Assembly (NCBI GenBank): GCA_965242695.1
Contig: CBDESU010000001.1
Coordinates: 192,001 to 256,000 of the forward strand
Source of the DNA: Cenarchaeum sp.
GTDB lineage: Archaea > Thermoproteota > Nitrososphaeria > Nitrososphaerales > Nitrosopumilaceae
Reading direction: 5' to 3'
DNA: 64,000 nt
Each line of letters starts with the position of its first letter. The first letter of the stretch is position 1. This document shows positions 21,515 to 31,589 of this stretch, piece after piece. The notes under the pieces were generated by a model. The model was not told the DNA's origin. It saw only the letters and a list, made by a program, of their open reading frames with translations, and searched no databases. The translations under genes and the position numbers were made by a program.

Positions 21515-22540
21515 TCGCTCATCTCGCTCCGCCGCCGCATTGCCCGAGGACCGATCGCCAGCCACACCAGCGCGTCCTGCCGCCGATTCCCGCCCCGCGT
21601 CCTGCCGAGGGCCTGCTCGGCCGCGGAATCTGCCCGATCTGCAATCTTGGCCTCGGCAAAGATGCGATCATAGGGCCACCGCCGTTTATGGGGAAAGTGA
21701 CAATTCGGCTAAGATATAAGCAATGCCGGCGCCGACTTGTCGAATGAGGCAAGTCGACATTAGGCGGCAGGACGGGCCTGGCATCGTGAGCGCCGCAGAG
21801 GCCCTTCGCTTCCGCCGCGAGTTCAAGAATCTCAAGGAGGCGGCCGGCATGCCGTCGTACGATCCAGAGAACAGGGATGCGATCCGAAGGGGGTTTTTTG
21901 GGGACTTCTACAACACGCCCCTGGATGCGATTGACAAATCAAGGAAAGTGCGCCGCCGCGCCGGCCAGATCTCCGCCGACGAGTCGTTGTCCAAGGCCAG
22001 GGAATTGCTAGGGCGCTTCCAGGACAAGCGCAGGCGCAGGCTGCTAGTCCTCGTAGGTCACAGGCCTATGGACAGGGAGGTCGCACGTGAAGTGGACAGG
22101 ATGCTGCTGCAAATGGGCTATGTTGGGAGCCTGGACGTCGTGCTGGACTCGGGCGGGGGAGACCTGGATGCGGCCTACAAGGCGCTCAAAATAATAAAGT
22201 CGCGCGCGAAGAACACTACCGTCATCGTCCCGTTCCGCGCAAGCGGCGCCGCCGCGCTGATTGCGCTGGGCGGAGACAGCTTGGCCCTTTGCAGGGGCGG
22301 GGATCTTGGGCCCGTGGATCCGCAGGTGCTGGACACCGGCACGGGCCACTACGCTGCGGCCGGCACGATAAAAGAATCTGTGGGCTTTTTGGAGGGCCTG
22401 ACCGATCAAGCCGTCAAGGCCATCATGACGGACAAAATCCCGACGCTGATGCTGGGGGCGTACTCGGCATCGACCAAGGCGTCCCGGCAGTATCTGGAAG
22501 AGGTGCTCGCGGATCGCGACACCCCCTGCGCAAGTTCACT

Positions 22541-23893
22541 GAGGCGCATGGTTAATTCACGGCTAACTTTAACCGTATTGTGCAGGGATATCGGCTGATT
22601 TGTTAAAGACGGTGCAAATTAGTAGAAAAACGTACAGGGCATGCCCCTCAGAGGCATGAGTTATAAGACCCTCCTAGGCCTCGCCGCCCAATGGTGTGGC
22701 CAAAGGTCATACGGTTGGTAGTCGACGGGCAACTAGAGGCCCTGACCCCGGAAATGTTGAAGGATATAGAACAATTTTTGTCGCTCACATCACTGACGCC
22801 GGAAGAGTTCCTGGAATTGTACAAAAGGGTGATGGAGTATGCGTGCAGAATGGGATACCGTCGCTATTCGCGATCGGCCAAGAGTAACAACTGGGGGGCT
22901 GGACGCCCTCACAAATGCCCGCTGATCGACAGGCTGACCATGGCACTCATGGTGCTCAAGGGAATAAAGACACAAGTCGTGGCACTATCATTTCGTGTCA
23001 AGCACGACACTGTCCAGGCCGCGTTTGACGAGATTATGGACATACTCAAGAACTGCATCGACACACCCAAGCGCGTAGTTGCGCGGCTGCTGCACCAGGG
23101 GGCCAACGCCAGCCTCCTCGAGTTCATGCCGGGGCCAGATGTGGCTCTCGACGCGATGGTCGTGGGAACGACCCGCCCTCCTAGGGGCGCTGTTGGAAGG
23201 GCCTACTACAGGCGTAAAAAGGGGAACGGGTTGAACCTACAGGCGATCGTGGACACGGGAGGGTACGTCATCGACGTGTCGAAGTCCGTCCCTGCCGCCG
23301 CTCACGACATCGTCCTGTTCCGGAGCCACACGCGCAAAGCCCTGCTCCGGTACTTCAGGCACATTTTCTATGATCCTGGATATACCGGCGTGGGCGAGGT
23401 CCCGCCTGCCCGCATGGAAGTCGCAACTAAGAGGTTGCCCAACCGCAAGCTGGACCACTACGAGATTGTGAGAAACGAGTGGATAGGGGGTCAAAGGTAC
23501 GTAGTCGAGAGGAACAACTCGTTCATAAAGGCCTATGGATACACAAGACATCGGCACTGGTACGAATCGAACAAGCTAGACGACGTCGTGCAGGTGATCT
23601 GCGGGCTGATCAATTTCAGAACGGTGCGCCGTAAGAAGAAGCCCCTGAACTGGGGTCATGGTAACAGGGAGTTGCATTCTCCCGCGCCAAATCCCGAAGT
23701 TGTGCTCGAGTATTACCACAAGACCACATCCTGCCAGACAGTGTTCAACGCAATGGCGAGCCGGCAGGAGTGTCGATTCCAGATGTACTGACTATCCGGT
23801 AAACAATGGTGTTTATCCTGCTTCGAGGCATAAAACGACACTGTTCGACCGCACTATCCGGTAGAAGTTAGCCGTGAATTAACCGTAAGCCTC
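22541..23893 (+). mobile_element. IS5-family (ISL2/Harbinger-like) insertion sequence, 1353 bp
   Basis: 29-bp imperfect TIRs with a perfect 20-bp core GGTTAATTCACGGCTAACTT (left 22541-22569, right 23865-23893); ACT duplicated at 22538-22540 and 23894-23896. Confidence 0.9.
22691..23791 (+). CDS. DDE transposase (HTH + DDE_Tnp_4-like)
   Basis: LDAM..TTRP, YYRRKKG..LNLQAIVD, HDIVLF, YDPGY, RYVVER; TTATAAG upstream. Confidence 0.88.
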   Translation: MVWPKVIRLVVDGQLEALTPEMLKDIEQFLSLTSLTPEEFLELYKRVMEYACRMGYRRYSRSAKSNNWGAGRPHKCPLIDRLTMALMVLKGIKTQVVALSFRVKHDTVQAAFDEIMDILKNCIDTPKRVVARLLHQGANASLLEFMPGPDVALDAMVVGTTRPPRGAVGRAYYRRKKGNGLNLQAIVDTGGYVIDVSKSVPAAAHDIVLFRSHTRKALLRYFRHIFYDPGYTGVGEVPPARMEVATKRLPNRKLDHYEIVRNEWIGGQRYVVERNNSFIKAYGYTRHRHWYESNKLDDVVQVICGLINFRTVRRKKKPLNWGHGNRELHSPAPNPEVVLEYYHKTTSCQTVFNAMASRQECRFQMY

Positions 23894-24334
23894 ACTGGCA
23901 GGCATGCTCACTGAGGGGCACCTTCCGCACGGATACCCGATGGATGCCGAGTTTCTGAGGAAAAACGGCATCGACGTGTCGGTCATCGACGGCGAGGCCG
24001 AACTGATGGCCCATGATCTGCTGGATTGCTACGCGGAGGCGGAACGGACTGGCGACGGGGGCGGCGGTGCCGCCATAATTCATTCCGATGTGGGACATGC
24101 CGTGATCCGGGGCGGCGGTGCGGAGCGCAGGCTCTACAAGGGCGAGCCGAAAAGGCGGCCCTGACGACGGGGGGCTGTGCGGAGGGGTGGCGGGGCGCGG
24201 GTGTGTGTCCGCCGCTTGTGGCGGCTCCGCGGCCCTCCGCGCTCCTTTGCGGGGCAGAAGTGCGGAGTAGGCCCGAACATTTCTGCGTCCCGACCGCTCG
24301 ACGGCCCCTGCGCCCCGGCATCCGAGCGCCGCCC

Positions 24335-25102
24335 CTACAGCCCGCCGACGGCTCGAACGACCACTCTGCCGTCCTCGTACGCAATGTAGTTCTGCAGGAC
24401 GGTGTCGATGCAGTAGTGCTCGCTCCCGCCGGGACCCCTGCCTCCCCTCACGCCAGGGCCGCGCGTATGCCCGAATATCTGCCGGAGGCCCGGCACGTCC
24501 CTGAACTCTAGGTTGTAGTCGCACCATACGATCCCGCCGGACGCGTCCATGCCGCCCCTGGCATAGCCTGCCTGGAGGAACGCGTGGCGGTGCCCATTGT
24601 CGTTGATCCTGTCCAGGTCTGTCCTGGCCGCGCCGAGCACGCCGTCGACGTCGGACGCGGCCGCCCCGGGCCGCACGGACTCGAGGAACACCGACGACAG
24701 GCCCGCATGCGTGCACAGCCACGCGTCCCCTTCGTCCGCGCCGGCCATGCCGAGCCAGCAGAAGGGCTCGAGCCGCGCCCACTCGACGCCGCACCTTTCA
24801 ATGGCCGCGCGCTTGGGCTGGCTGTACCCCGAGCAGCCAAGCTCGGGCAGGCTCGACATGTAGTTGAGGTCGTGGTTGCCGACCATGTGAACCCTCGTGC
24901 GGTCGGCAAGCGAGCCTGCGAGCCATGCGGCCGTGGCCGCCGCGTCGTCCGGCGTGTCGTCAAGGCTGTCAAAGTAGTCGCCCAGGAATATGATGCGGTC
25001 GGGCGACTCTGCCGCCACGATCGCCTCTGCCTTCTTCCACTTGTTGTGCACGTCGGGTATGACTACCGCCTTCTCGCCTGGCCTGAGCTGCACGCTTGCC
25101 AT
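24335..25102 (-). CDS. Calcineurin-like metallophosphoesterase
   Basis: PDVHN, LGDYFD, GNHD, THAG, FGHT motifs. Confidence 0.9.
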   Translation of the reverse strand: MASVQLRPGEKAVVIPDVHNKWKKAEAIVAAESPDRIIFLGDYFDSLDDTPDDAAATAAWLAGSLADRTRVHMVGNHDLNYMSSLPELGCSGYSQPKRAAIERCGVEWARLEPFCWLGMAGADEGDAWLCTHAGLSSVFLESVRPGAAASDVDGVLGAARTDLDRINDNGHRHAFLQAGYARGGMDASGGIVWCDYNLEFRDVPGLRQIFGHTRGPGVRGGRGPGGSEHYCIDTVLQNYIAYEDGRVVVRAVGGL

Positions 25103-25339
25103 GGCGCGCCCCGTGCCGGCTCCCCTATACCCGTTTCCCGTCCCCCTCCCCCGCGCCCCCCTCGTGGGTCGAGGCCGGCCGGCCGGGTGGCGCTCCTAGA
25201 ACGGATCGGGCACTTCGCCGGCGCGCCGCACGGCGTCCATTGCTTCAGGGACGGCAGGCATTGCAGCCGATCGACCACCGGCTGCGGTGCGGCGGAACGG
25301 GACAAAAGACATAAACGGAGCCTGTGCGGCCGCGGCGCG

Positions 25340-26731
25340 TTGGCGCAAGAGGCAGAGCAGGAGCACAGGCCGGCGCCTCGGGGCGGGGCCGCGGGTGCCG
25401 CCCTGCAGGAGCCGGAGCAGGATGTCGAGGCCGCGCCCTGCCAGCTTGACGATGCACTGGTTGACGAGTACCTGTCCGTTCCCCTTGTGACGACCGTCTA
25501 CAGCATACTGTCCAGGATGGACCCGAGGCACGACATGTACGGCATACGAGCCGGCATCGAGCGCGGCGGGTACCGCAGGGCCCTCGAGATGCTCCTGGAC
25601 GGCCCGCCCCCGCGCAACGAGCTGGGAATGCGTGTTGCCGACAACCGCGCGCGCATGCTCGAGCGCCTCGGCAGGCACGAAGAGGCCGAGCTGCTGTACA
25701 GGGACCTGGCCGGCGAGCTGCCGGGCAATTCGGATGTCCACCTCGACATGGCAAGGGTGCTAGAGCACCTTGGCCACCGCAAAGAGTCGGCCGAGGCGCT
25801 GGAACGCGCGTGCCGCCTTGATCCCGACTGCCGCCGGGCGTTCGAGGCCGGCATGCGTCCCGACGCGCGCCAGCTTGATCCCGCCCTGGTTCCGCTGCGC
25901 CTGATCCTCCCGATGTCGGTAATCTCGGCCGCCGGCGCCGTGCGCTCAAGGGCCGAGCTTTCCGCCGCGTCGCTGCTAGTGCAGGCCGAGTGCGGGCTGG
26001 ACCTGTACCCTCCGTCGGCCGCCAGGCTGCCGGGCTGCGCGGGGCTCGGGGCCGACATGGAGGGGTTTTACCACCTCGTCGTCGAAGATGTCCTCACGTC
26101 GTACCACGCGCCCGACGAGCAGCCGTACTACTACGATCTTACGGACAGGGGGATCGGGATGATCGAGCGCCTCGGCGAACGGCTGGAAGCGGACGGCGGC
26201 GACGCGTCTGCCCGCATCGCCGCATCGGCGGAACGCGTGGCCCGCATGGGCCCCCATGCCGTGCTCGAAGAGGCCTGCCGCATCGCAGCATCGCCGCGCC
26301 GACGCGAGCGTTCCGACGATCTTGCGGCGCTGCGCTCGACGGCCGAGCGCATAAGGCGCGAGGTCGGGAACAGCATTAGATTCGGCGAGGCGCATGCGGT
26401 TACGCTGCGAACAAAGGCCAAGCGCGTACCGGACATGCTCTCGCAGGCGCGCGATGCCCCCGGCGGGCAGTGGGCCGTCACAGCCGCCCTGGGAGGAGAC
26501 ATACTGGGCATGTGCGCGTACGTCGCGTTCGACCAGAGGCCGCACCCGAGGACGGCCTCGCTTGGGCCCCCGTACCCCGACATCCAGGACCAGTACGCAC
26601 TGCTTGTCAGGTACTGCAGAGCCAAGGGCATAGCGGAGCCTAGGGTGGAAGTGCCGATCATCCGCAGTCTCACGCCCGAGGAGATCGAGGAGACGACCAG
26701 GGACATGCTAAAGGTGATTTCAGAGTCTTGA
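25340..26731 (+). CDS. TPR protein with a possible winged-helix domain; putative partner of the downstream PIN
   Basis: TTG start about 25 bp after ATAAAC; TPR-like ARMLERLGRHEEAELLY and ARVLEHLGHRKESAEALERACRLDP; YYDLTDRGIGMIE resembles a wHTH end; stop overlaps the PIN start (TTGA). Confidence 0.65.
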   Translation: MAQEAEQEHRPAPRGGAAGAALQEPEQDVEAAPCQLDDALVDEYLSVPLVTTVYSILSRMDPRHDMYGIRAGIERGGYRRALEMLLDGPPPRNELGMRVADNRARMLERLGRHEEAELLYRDLAGELPGNSDVHLDMARVLEHLGHRKESAEALERACRLDPDCRRAFEAGMRPDARQLDPALVPLRLILPMSVISAAGAVRSRAELSAASLLVQAECGLDLYPPSAARLPGCAGLGADMEGFYHLVVEDVLTSYHAPDEQPYYYDLTDRGIGMIERLGERLEADGGDASARIAASAERVARMGPHAVLEEACRIAASPRRRERSDDLAALRSTAERIRREVGNSIRFGEAHAVTLRTKAKRVPDMLSQARDAPGGQWAVTAALGGDILGMCAYVAFDQRPHPRTASLGPPYPDIQDQYALLVRYCRAKGIAEPRVEVPIIRSLTPEEIEETTRDMLKVISES

Positions 26732-27336
26732 TCGTACTGCTGGATACGAACGCCTGCATCGCATACTCTATGGACTTTTCAGTGCGTCCTAGGGGGAGCG
26801 GCCCGCCCGTCAGGGTGCGGGGGCGCAACAGGGATGCGATCGTCGGCATGGTCAACAGGGCGATAAAGTCGGGCGATCTTGCGATTGTCGACACGGTTGC
26901 TGTCGAAATGCACTATAATGCGAAGAGGGCATTCGAGTCGGCGGCCCGGCGGGCTGTGGCCGCCGCCGATATCGACGATGCAATTGTAGAAGACGCACTG
27001 GCAAAATTCGGCCGTCTCTACGCCCGCTTCCGCACTAGCGACATCAAGACGTACTTGGAAATGATCGATCGCATGTACGCCGACATATGGAGTGACCCGC
27101 GGATGGCCGATGCGGTGGCCCGGTGGCGGCGCGTCAAGGAAAGGCATGGGATGGGGAAGGGGCGCCCGTCGCTAGGGACGCACGGGGAGGACTTTGTGAT
27201 ACTCTCGACGGCGGCCGCCCTGGCCGCGCGGGGAATCCCTGTCAAGCTGCTAACGTTCGACCACGACATTGTGGCATTTGCCGCCGCGATCCGCGAGCGG
27301 TTCGGCGTCGACGTGGTCGACTGCAACCGCCTGTAG
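26728..27336 (+). CDS. PIN-domain ribonuclease
   Basis: LLDTNACI, VEM, EDFVILSTA, LLTFDHD acidic core. Confidence 0.85.
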   Translation: MIVLLDTNACIAYSMDFSVRPRGSGPPVRVRGRNRDAIVGMVNRAIKSGDLAIVDTVAVEMHYNAKRAFESAARRAVAAADIDDAIVEDALAKFGRLYARFRTSDIKTYLEMIDRMYADIWSDPRMADAVARWRRVKERHGMGKGRPSLGTHGEDFVILSTAAALAARGIPVKLLTFDHDIVAFAAAIRERFGVDVVDCNRL

Positions 27337-27529
27337 AGCGATCGCGCCGCCGCCAGCGCAATGCGGCGCGCTGCTGCGTAGCCGGGCCGGCATCCGCCGG
27401 CGCATCCTGCGCAGCCTATCTTCCCTCCCAGGCGCACGGCGCGGCGGCGGTCGTCCCTCCACTCCGTCCGCGCCAGCGATCCGCAACAGATATAACGGGC
27501 CGCCCCGCGGACGCGCCGGCCGGTTTCCC

Positions 27530-29869
27530 TTGAAGGTCGCCATCGTGTACAACAAGGAAAAGATCGAGAGCGGGGACGTCATCAACGTGTTCGGGGCGGC
27601 CACGCGCGAGCACTACAGCCGCGAGACCGTCGAAAAGGTCGCCAGGGCCCTCGAGCGCGGCGGCCACACCGTAAAGGTCGTGGAGGGCGGCATGCGGTTC
27701 ATCGACGACCTGCGCGACTTCATGCCGCGCGTAGTGGCCGGCGAGCGGCCCGGCATGGTCTTCAACATGGCGTACGGCATACAGGGGCGCAACCGGTACA
27801 CGCACGTGCCCGCGATGCTAGAGATGCTCGGCATACCCTACGTCGGGTCGGGCCCCGAGGCGCACGCCGTCGTCCAGGACAAGGCCCTCACGAAGATGGT
27901 CCTCCAGAGGAACGGCATACCGACGCCAAAGTCGTGGGTGTTCTCGTCGGCCGGCGACGACTTTGCCGACCTAGAGTTCCCCGTCATCGTAAAGCCAAAG
28001 ATGGAGTCGACGTCGATGGGCATGGACGTCGTGCGCGGCGTGGACGCGCTGCGCCGGTCGGTCGCCGCCCAGATCGAGCGGTACTCGCAGGACATTCTCG
28101 TCGAGCAGTTCGTCGCCGGCCGCGAGTTCGCCGTCGGGATCGTCGGCAACGGCCCTCACACGGAGGTGCTGCCCATAGTCGAGCTCGACCTGGGAGGGGA
28201 CCCGAACCGCATCCAGACCGCATCCGACAAGCTCGAGAATCCTGTCCGCAAGGTGTGCCCCGCGCCGCTCGCCGAGGCCGAGGCGGCCCGCATGCGCTCG
28301 ATGTGCGCCGACGCGTACGCCCGCCTCGGGCTCAACGACTTTACGAGGGTCGACCTGCGGATGGACGAGTCGGGGCGCATGTACGTGCTAGAGCTCAACT
28401 CGCTCGCAAGCCTCGGCACCACGGGGTCGCTGTACAGGGCCGCGCAGGCGGCCGGATACGACTACGACTCGCTCGTAAACCGCATACTCGACGCGGCGGC
28501 CCTGCGCTACTTTGGCGAGTCGCGCCTGCACCGGCCGGAGGCGGCCGGCGGCGGGGCGCGGGGCCGCGCGGGCGGCGGCCCGGGGGCCGGCCAGGCGCAC
28601 CCCCCGCTCCACGCGTCGCTGCGCAGCTATTTGCGCACGCACTATCCGACGAACGAAAAGATGCTAGAGCACCTGGTCGACATAAACTCGAGCGCGGCCA
28701 ACGTCGACGACGTCAACCGCGTCGGCGCGGCCGTCTCGCGCCGCCTCGAGCACGCGGGGTTCGCCGCGCAGGTGTACCGCGAGTTCGACGTCGGCGACGC
28801 CGTGTACCTGTCGAACCACGACGGCTCGGCCGACAGCGACGTCCTGATACTCGGCCACCTGGACACGCCGTACTCGAACCGCGACTTTTCGCCTTTCCGC
28901 AGGGCCGGCAACCGGCTGTACGGGTCGGGCGCGGCCGAGAGCAAGGGCGGGCTGGTCGTGGCCGTCTCGGCCCTGCAGGCCCTCCGGTTCGTGCGCCGCC
29001 TGCGCGGAGCGCGCGTCGGCGTGCTGCTCGTCGGCGACGACAGCCTGGGCGGCCGGTTCAGCCGCAAGATCGTCCGCGACACGGCCGCCGCCTCGCGCGC
29101 AGTCCTAGACGTAAAGTGGGGCATGGAGGGCGGCGGCGTGGCCGTGTCGTGCTCGGGCACGGCAAAGTACCACGTGGACATGACGCACGCGCGAACGCAC
29201 GGCCGCGACTACGCCGACATCGTGCCGGCCATGTGCCGGCGCGTGGCAGCCCTCGGCCGGATAGCGCCCGGCGGCGGCCCCGGCGGGCCGCACTCGGCCG
29301 CGCCGGACATACGCGCCGGCGGCGTGTCCGTCTCGGAGTTTCGCGCGACGTCCTCGTTCGGGCGCGAGCCCGACTACGGCGTGCTCTCGCTCACGTCGCG
29401 GTACGCGACCGAGGAGGAGGGCGCGGCCCTGGAGGCCGAGATGTGGCGGATAGCGCGCAAGCGGGACGGGGCGAGGCTCGACGTGCACATATCGCGGCAG
29501 GCCTCGCGCAGCCCGGTCGCCGCATCGGCCGCGACCGAATCCCTGCACTCTGTGGTCCGCGAGGAGGCCGCCTCGGCCGACATGCGCATCGACGGGAGGC
29601 ACCGCCGCGCCTCGTCGAGCCTGGGCGACGTCGGCCGCGACATGCCGATGGCCGGCTCGATGGGGCCCGTCGGGGTCGGCATGCGCACTCCCGACGAGCA
29701 TATCCTGGCCGACAGCCTCATCGACAGGGCCGTGCTGCTCGCGCTTGTGGTGCACCGTCTTGCCGCCGACAGGAGGCGCGGGGAGAAGGAGGCGGGGGGC
29801 GGAAGGGCGGGGGAGGGCGGCGACGGGGCGGCGGCCGCGGCGGCCGCAACGCCGACGGGGCCGCGGTGA
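27530..29869 (+). CDS. D-Ala-D-Ala-ligase-like ATP-grasp domain fused to an M20 peptidase-like domain
   Basis: VFNMAYG, GIPYVGS, DKALTK, FPVIVKP, EQFVAGREF, RVDLR, LELNSL; then LGHLDT and LYGSG..ESKGG; TTG start. Confidence 0.88.
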   Translation: MKVAIVYNKEKIESGDVINVFGAATREHYSRETVEKVARALERGGHTVKVVEGGMRFIDDLRDFMPRVVAGERPGMVFNMAYGIQGRNRYTHVPAMLEMLGIPYVGSGPEAHAVVQDKALTKMVLQRNGIPTPKSWVFSSAGDDFADLEFPVIVKPKMESTSMGMDVVRGVDALRRSVAAQIERYSQDILVEQFVAGREFAVGIVGNGPHTEVLPIVELDLGGDPNRIQTASDKLENPVRKVCPAPLAEAEAARMRSMCADAYARLGLNDFTRVDLRMDESGRMYVLELNSLASLGTTGSLYRAAQAAGYDYDSLVNRILDAAALRYFGESRLHRPEAAGGGARGRAGGGPGAGQAHPPLHASLRSYLRTHYPTNEKMLEHLVDINSSAANVDDVNRVGAAVSRRLEHAGFAAQVYREFDVGDAVYLSNHDGSADSDVLILGHLDTPYSNRDFSPFRRAGNRLYGSGAAESKGGLVVAVSALQALRFVRRLRGARVGVLLVGDDSLGGRFSRKIVRDTAAASRAVLDVKWGMEGGGVAVSCSGTAKYHVDMTHARTHGRDYADIVPAMCRRVAALGRIAPGGGPGGPHSAAPDIRAGGVSVSEFRATSSFGREPDYGVLSLTSRYATEEEGAALEAEMWRIARKRDGARLDVHISRQASRSPVAASAATESLHSVVREEAASADMRIDGRHRRASSSLGDVGRDMPMAGSMGPVGVGMRTPDEHILADSLIDRAVLLALVVHRLAADRRRGEKEAGGGRAGEGGDGAAAAAAATPTGPR

Positions 29870-29873
29870 TCCC

Positions 29874-31586
29874 TTGGACATTGGGCGGATAGAGGGCGCG
29901 TTCAGGCCCACCCGCGACGGCAAGTGCGCGGTCGCCAAGAGGGGCATGGTGTCGACTGCGTTTCCGGACGCGACGAGGGCGGGCGCGTCGATGCTGCGCA
30001 GGGGAGGCAACGCCGTCGATGCGGCCTGCGCGGCGGCCCTTGCGCTGTGCGTGTGCGAGCCGCAGGCCTCTGGCCTCGGCGGGCAGTCGCTTGCGATCCT
30101 GCACGCCGGCGGCCGCACGGTGGCGGTCGACGGGTCGAGCAGGGCCCCGTCGCTTGCGAGCGTGCGGGCGTTTGGCGGCACCCGGCGCGCCGGCGGGGCC
30201 GCCGGCCGCCTCGTCGGGTACGCGGCCTCGACGGTGCCGAGCACGGTAGCCGCGATCGGCCACATGGCCGAAAGGTACGGCCGCCTCGAATGGGCAAAGC
30301 TGGTCGCGCCCGCGGCCCGGCTGGCGCGGCGCGGGTACAGGATTACGCCGCTGCAGTCGCGCCTGCAGGCCGACAGCCTCGGCGGGTTCATGGCGGTGCG
30401 GACGCGGTCGGGGGCGCGCTACTTTCTGCGGGACGGCGAGGCGCCGCACCGGCCGGGCGACCTGTTCGTGCAGGACGACCTTGCGCTCACGCTCGAGGGA
30501 ATCGCGGACGGCGGGTACAGGTCCTTCTACCTGGGCGATGCGGCCGACCTGATCGGCGAGGATATGAGGCGCAACGGGGGGCTTGTCCGCGCCGAGGACA
30601 TGCGCATGGTTCCCGCGCCCGTCGAGCGCAGGCCCGTGTCGGGGGCGCACGGCCGCGGGCTGGAGATCAGGACGTTGCCGATGCCGGCGGCCGGCGAGGC
30701 CCTGCTGCTCGCCCTTGCGGTGATGCGGCGCCTGCGCCGGCCCCTGATGGACCCCGCCCCGCCGATGGGCCACGCCCTTGCGGCGGGTGCCGTGAGGGCC
30801 GCGCTGTCCCGCAGGGAGGAGGGGATGGCCCGCTGGGGGGACGGGCCGCAGCCGGCCGGCGGGGGAGGCGGGGACGGCGGCGCCGGCGGCCGCGGGCGGC
30901 TTGCGGGGCGAATCGCGCGAGAGATCAGGGAGGGAGCCGGCCGCGCCTCCCCGGAGGGGCGGGCGCCGGGCGCGGGGGGATCCGCCGCCGCGGGCGCCGC
31001 GGGATCGGGCGAGACGACCCACCTGTCGGCAATGGACGACGAGGGAAACGCAGTCGGGATCACGCAGTCCATAGAGCTCGTGTACGGGTCGAAGGCGGCG
31101 GCCTCGGGCCTCGGGTTCCTGTACAACAACTACATGTCCGCGTACGAGACGGCCGGCGCATCGCACCGCCACTACCTGCGCCCCAACATGCCGCCCCGGA
31201 CGTTTGCCGCCCCGTGCATACTGTTCCGCCGCGGGCGGCCGTGGATCGTGGCCGGCAGCCCGGGCAGCTCGCGCATAGTCTCGGCCGTAGGCCTGTTCGT
31301 GAGCCGCGTCGTCGACGGCGGGGCGGACATGGGAACGGCGGTGAGGATGCCGCGCCTGCACTGCTCGCCCGACGGCACCGTCAGCATCGAGGACGACGGG
31401 CGCGGGCCGGGCGGGGCATCGGCGGCCGCGGCCGGCCTCCTCGGGAGGATGGGGTATGCGGTCGACATGCGCGGGGAGCGGTCGTTCTACATGGGAGCGG
31501 TGCACGCCGTCCTGCGCCGGCAGTCGGGCGAGGGGTTCCAGGGGGTCGCCGAGGTGCGGCGCGACGGCACCGCACGGGGGGCCTAG
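29874..31586 (+). CDS. ggt: Gamma-glutamyltransferase (Ntn hydrolase)
   Basis: GGNAVDAA, EPQASGLGG, ETTHLSAMD (Thr nucleophile), GFLYNN, PRLH, RRDG. Confidence 0.9.
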   Translation: MDIGRIEGAFRPTRDGKCAVAKRGMVSTAFPDATRAGASMLRRGGNAVDAACAAALALCVCEPQASGLGGQSLAILHAGGRTVAVDGSSRAPSLASVRAFGGTRRAGGAAGRLVGYAASTVPSTVAAIGHMAERYGRLEWAKLVAPAARLARRGYRITPLQSRLQADSLGGFMAVRTRSGARYFLRDGEAPHRPGDLFVQDDLALTLEGIADGGYRSFYLGDAADLIGEDMRRNGGLVRAEDMRMVPAPVERRPVSGAHGRGLEIRTLPMPAAGEALLLALAVMRRLRRPLMDPAPPMGHALAAGAVRAALSRREEGMARWGDGPQPAGGGGGDGGAGGRGRLAGRIAREIREGAGRASPEGRAPGAGGSAAAGAAGSGETTHLSAMDDEGNAVGITQSIELVYGSKAAASGLGFLYNNYMSAYETAGASHRHYLRPNMPPRTFAAPCILFRRGRPWIVAGSPGSSRIVSAVGLFVSRVVDGGADMGTAVRMPRLHCSPDGTVSIEDDGRGPGGASAAAAGLLGRMGYAVDMRGERSFYMGAVHAVLRRQSGEGFQGVAEVRRDGTARGA

Positions 31587-31589
31587 GGA

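Larger units (their letters stand above)
21744..24164 (+). pseudogene. SDH/ClpP-fold serine-protease-like gene split by an IS5 insertion
   Basis: VVLDSGGGD, VPFRASGAAALIALG and LGPVDPQ lie before the IS. Removing 22541-23896 rejoins ...CASS-LAGMLTEGHLPHGYPMD... in frame to TGA 24164. TATA (GATATAAG) lies about 25 bp upstream of ATG 21744. Confidence 0.85.
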
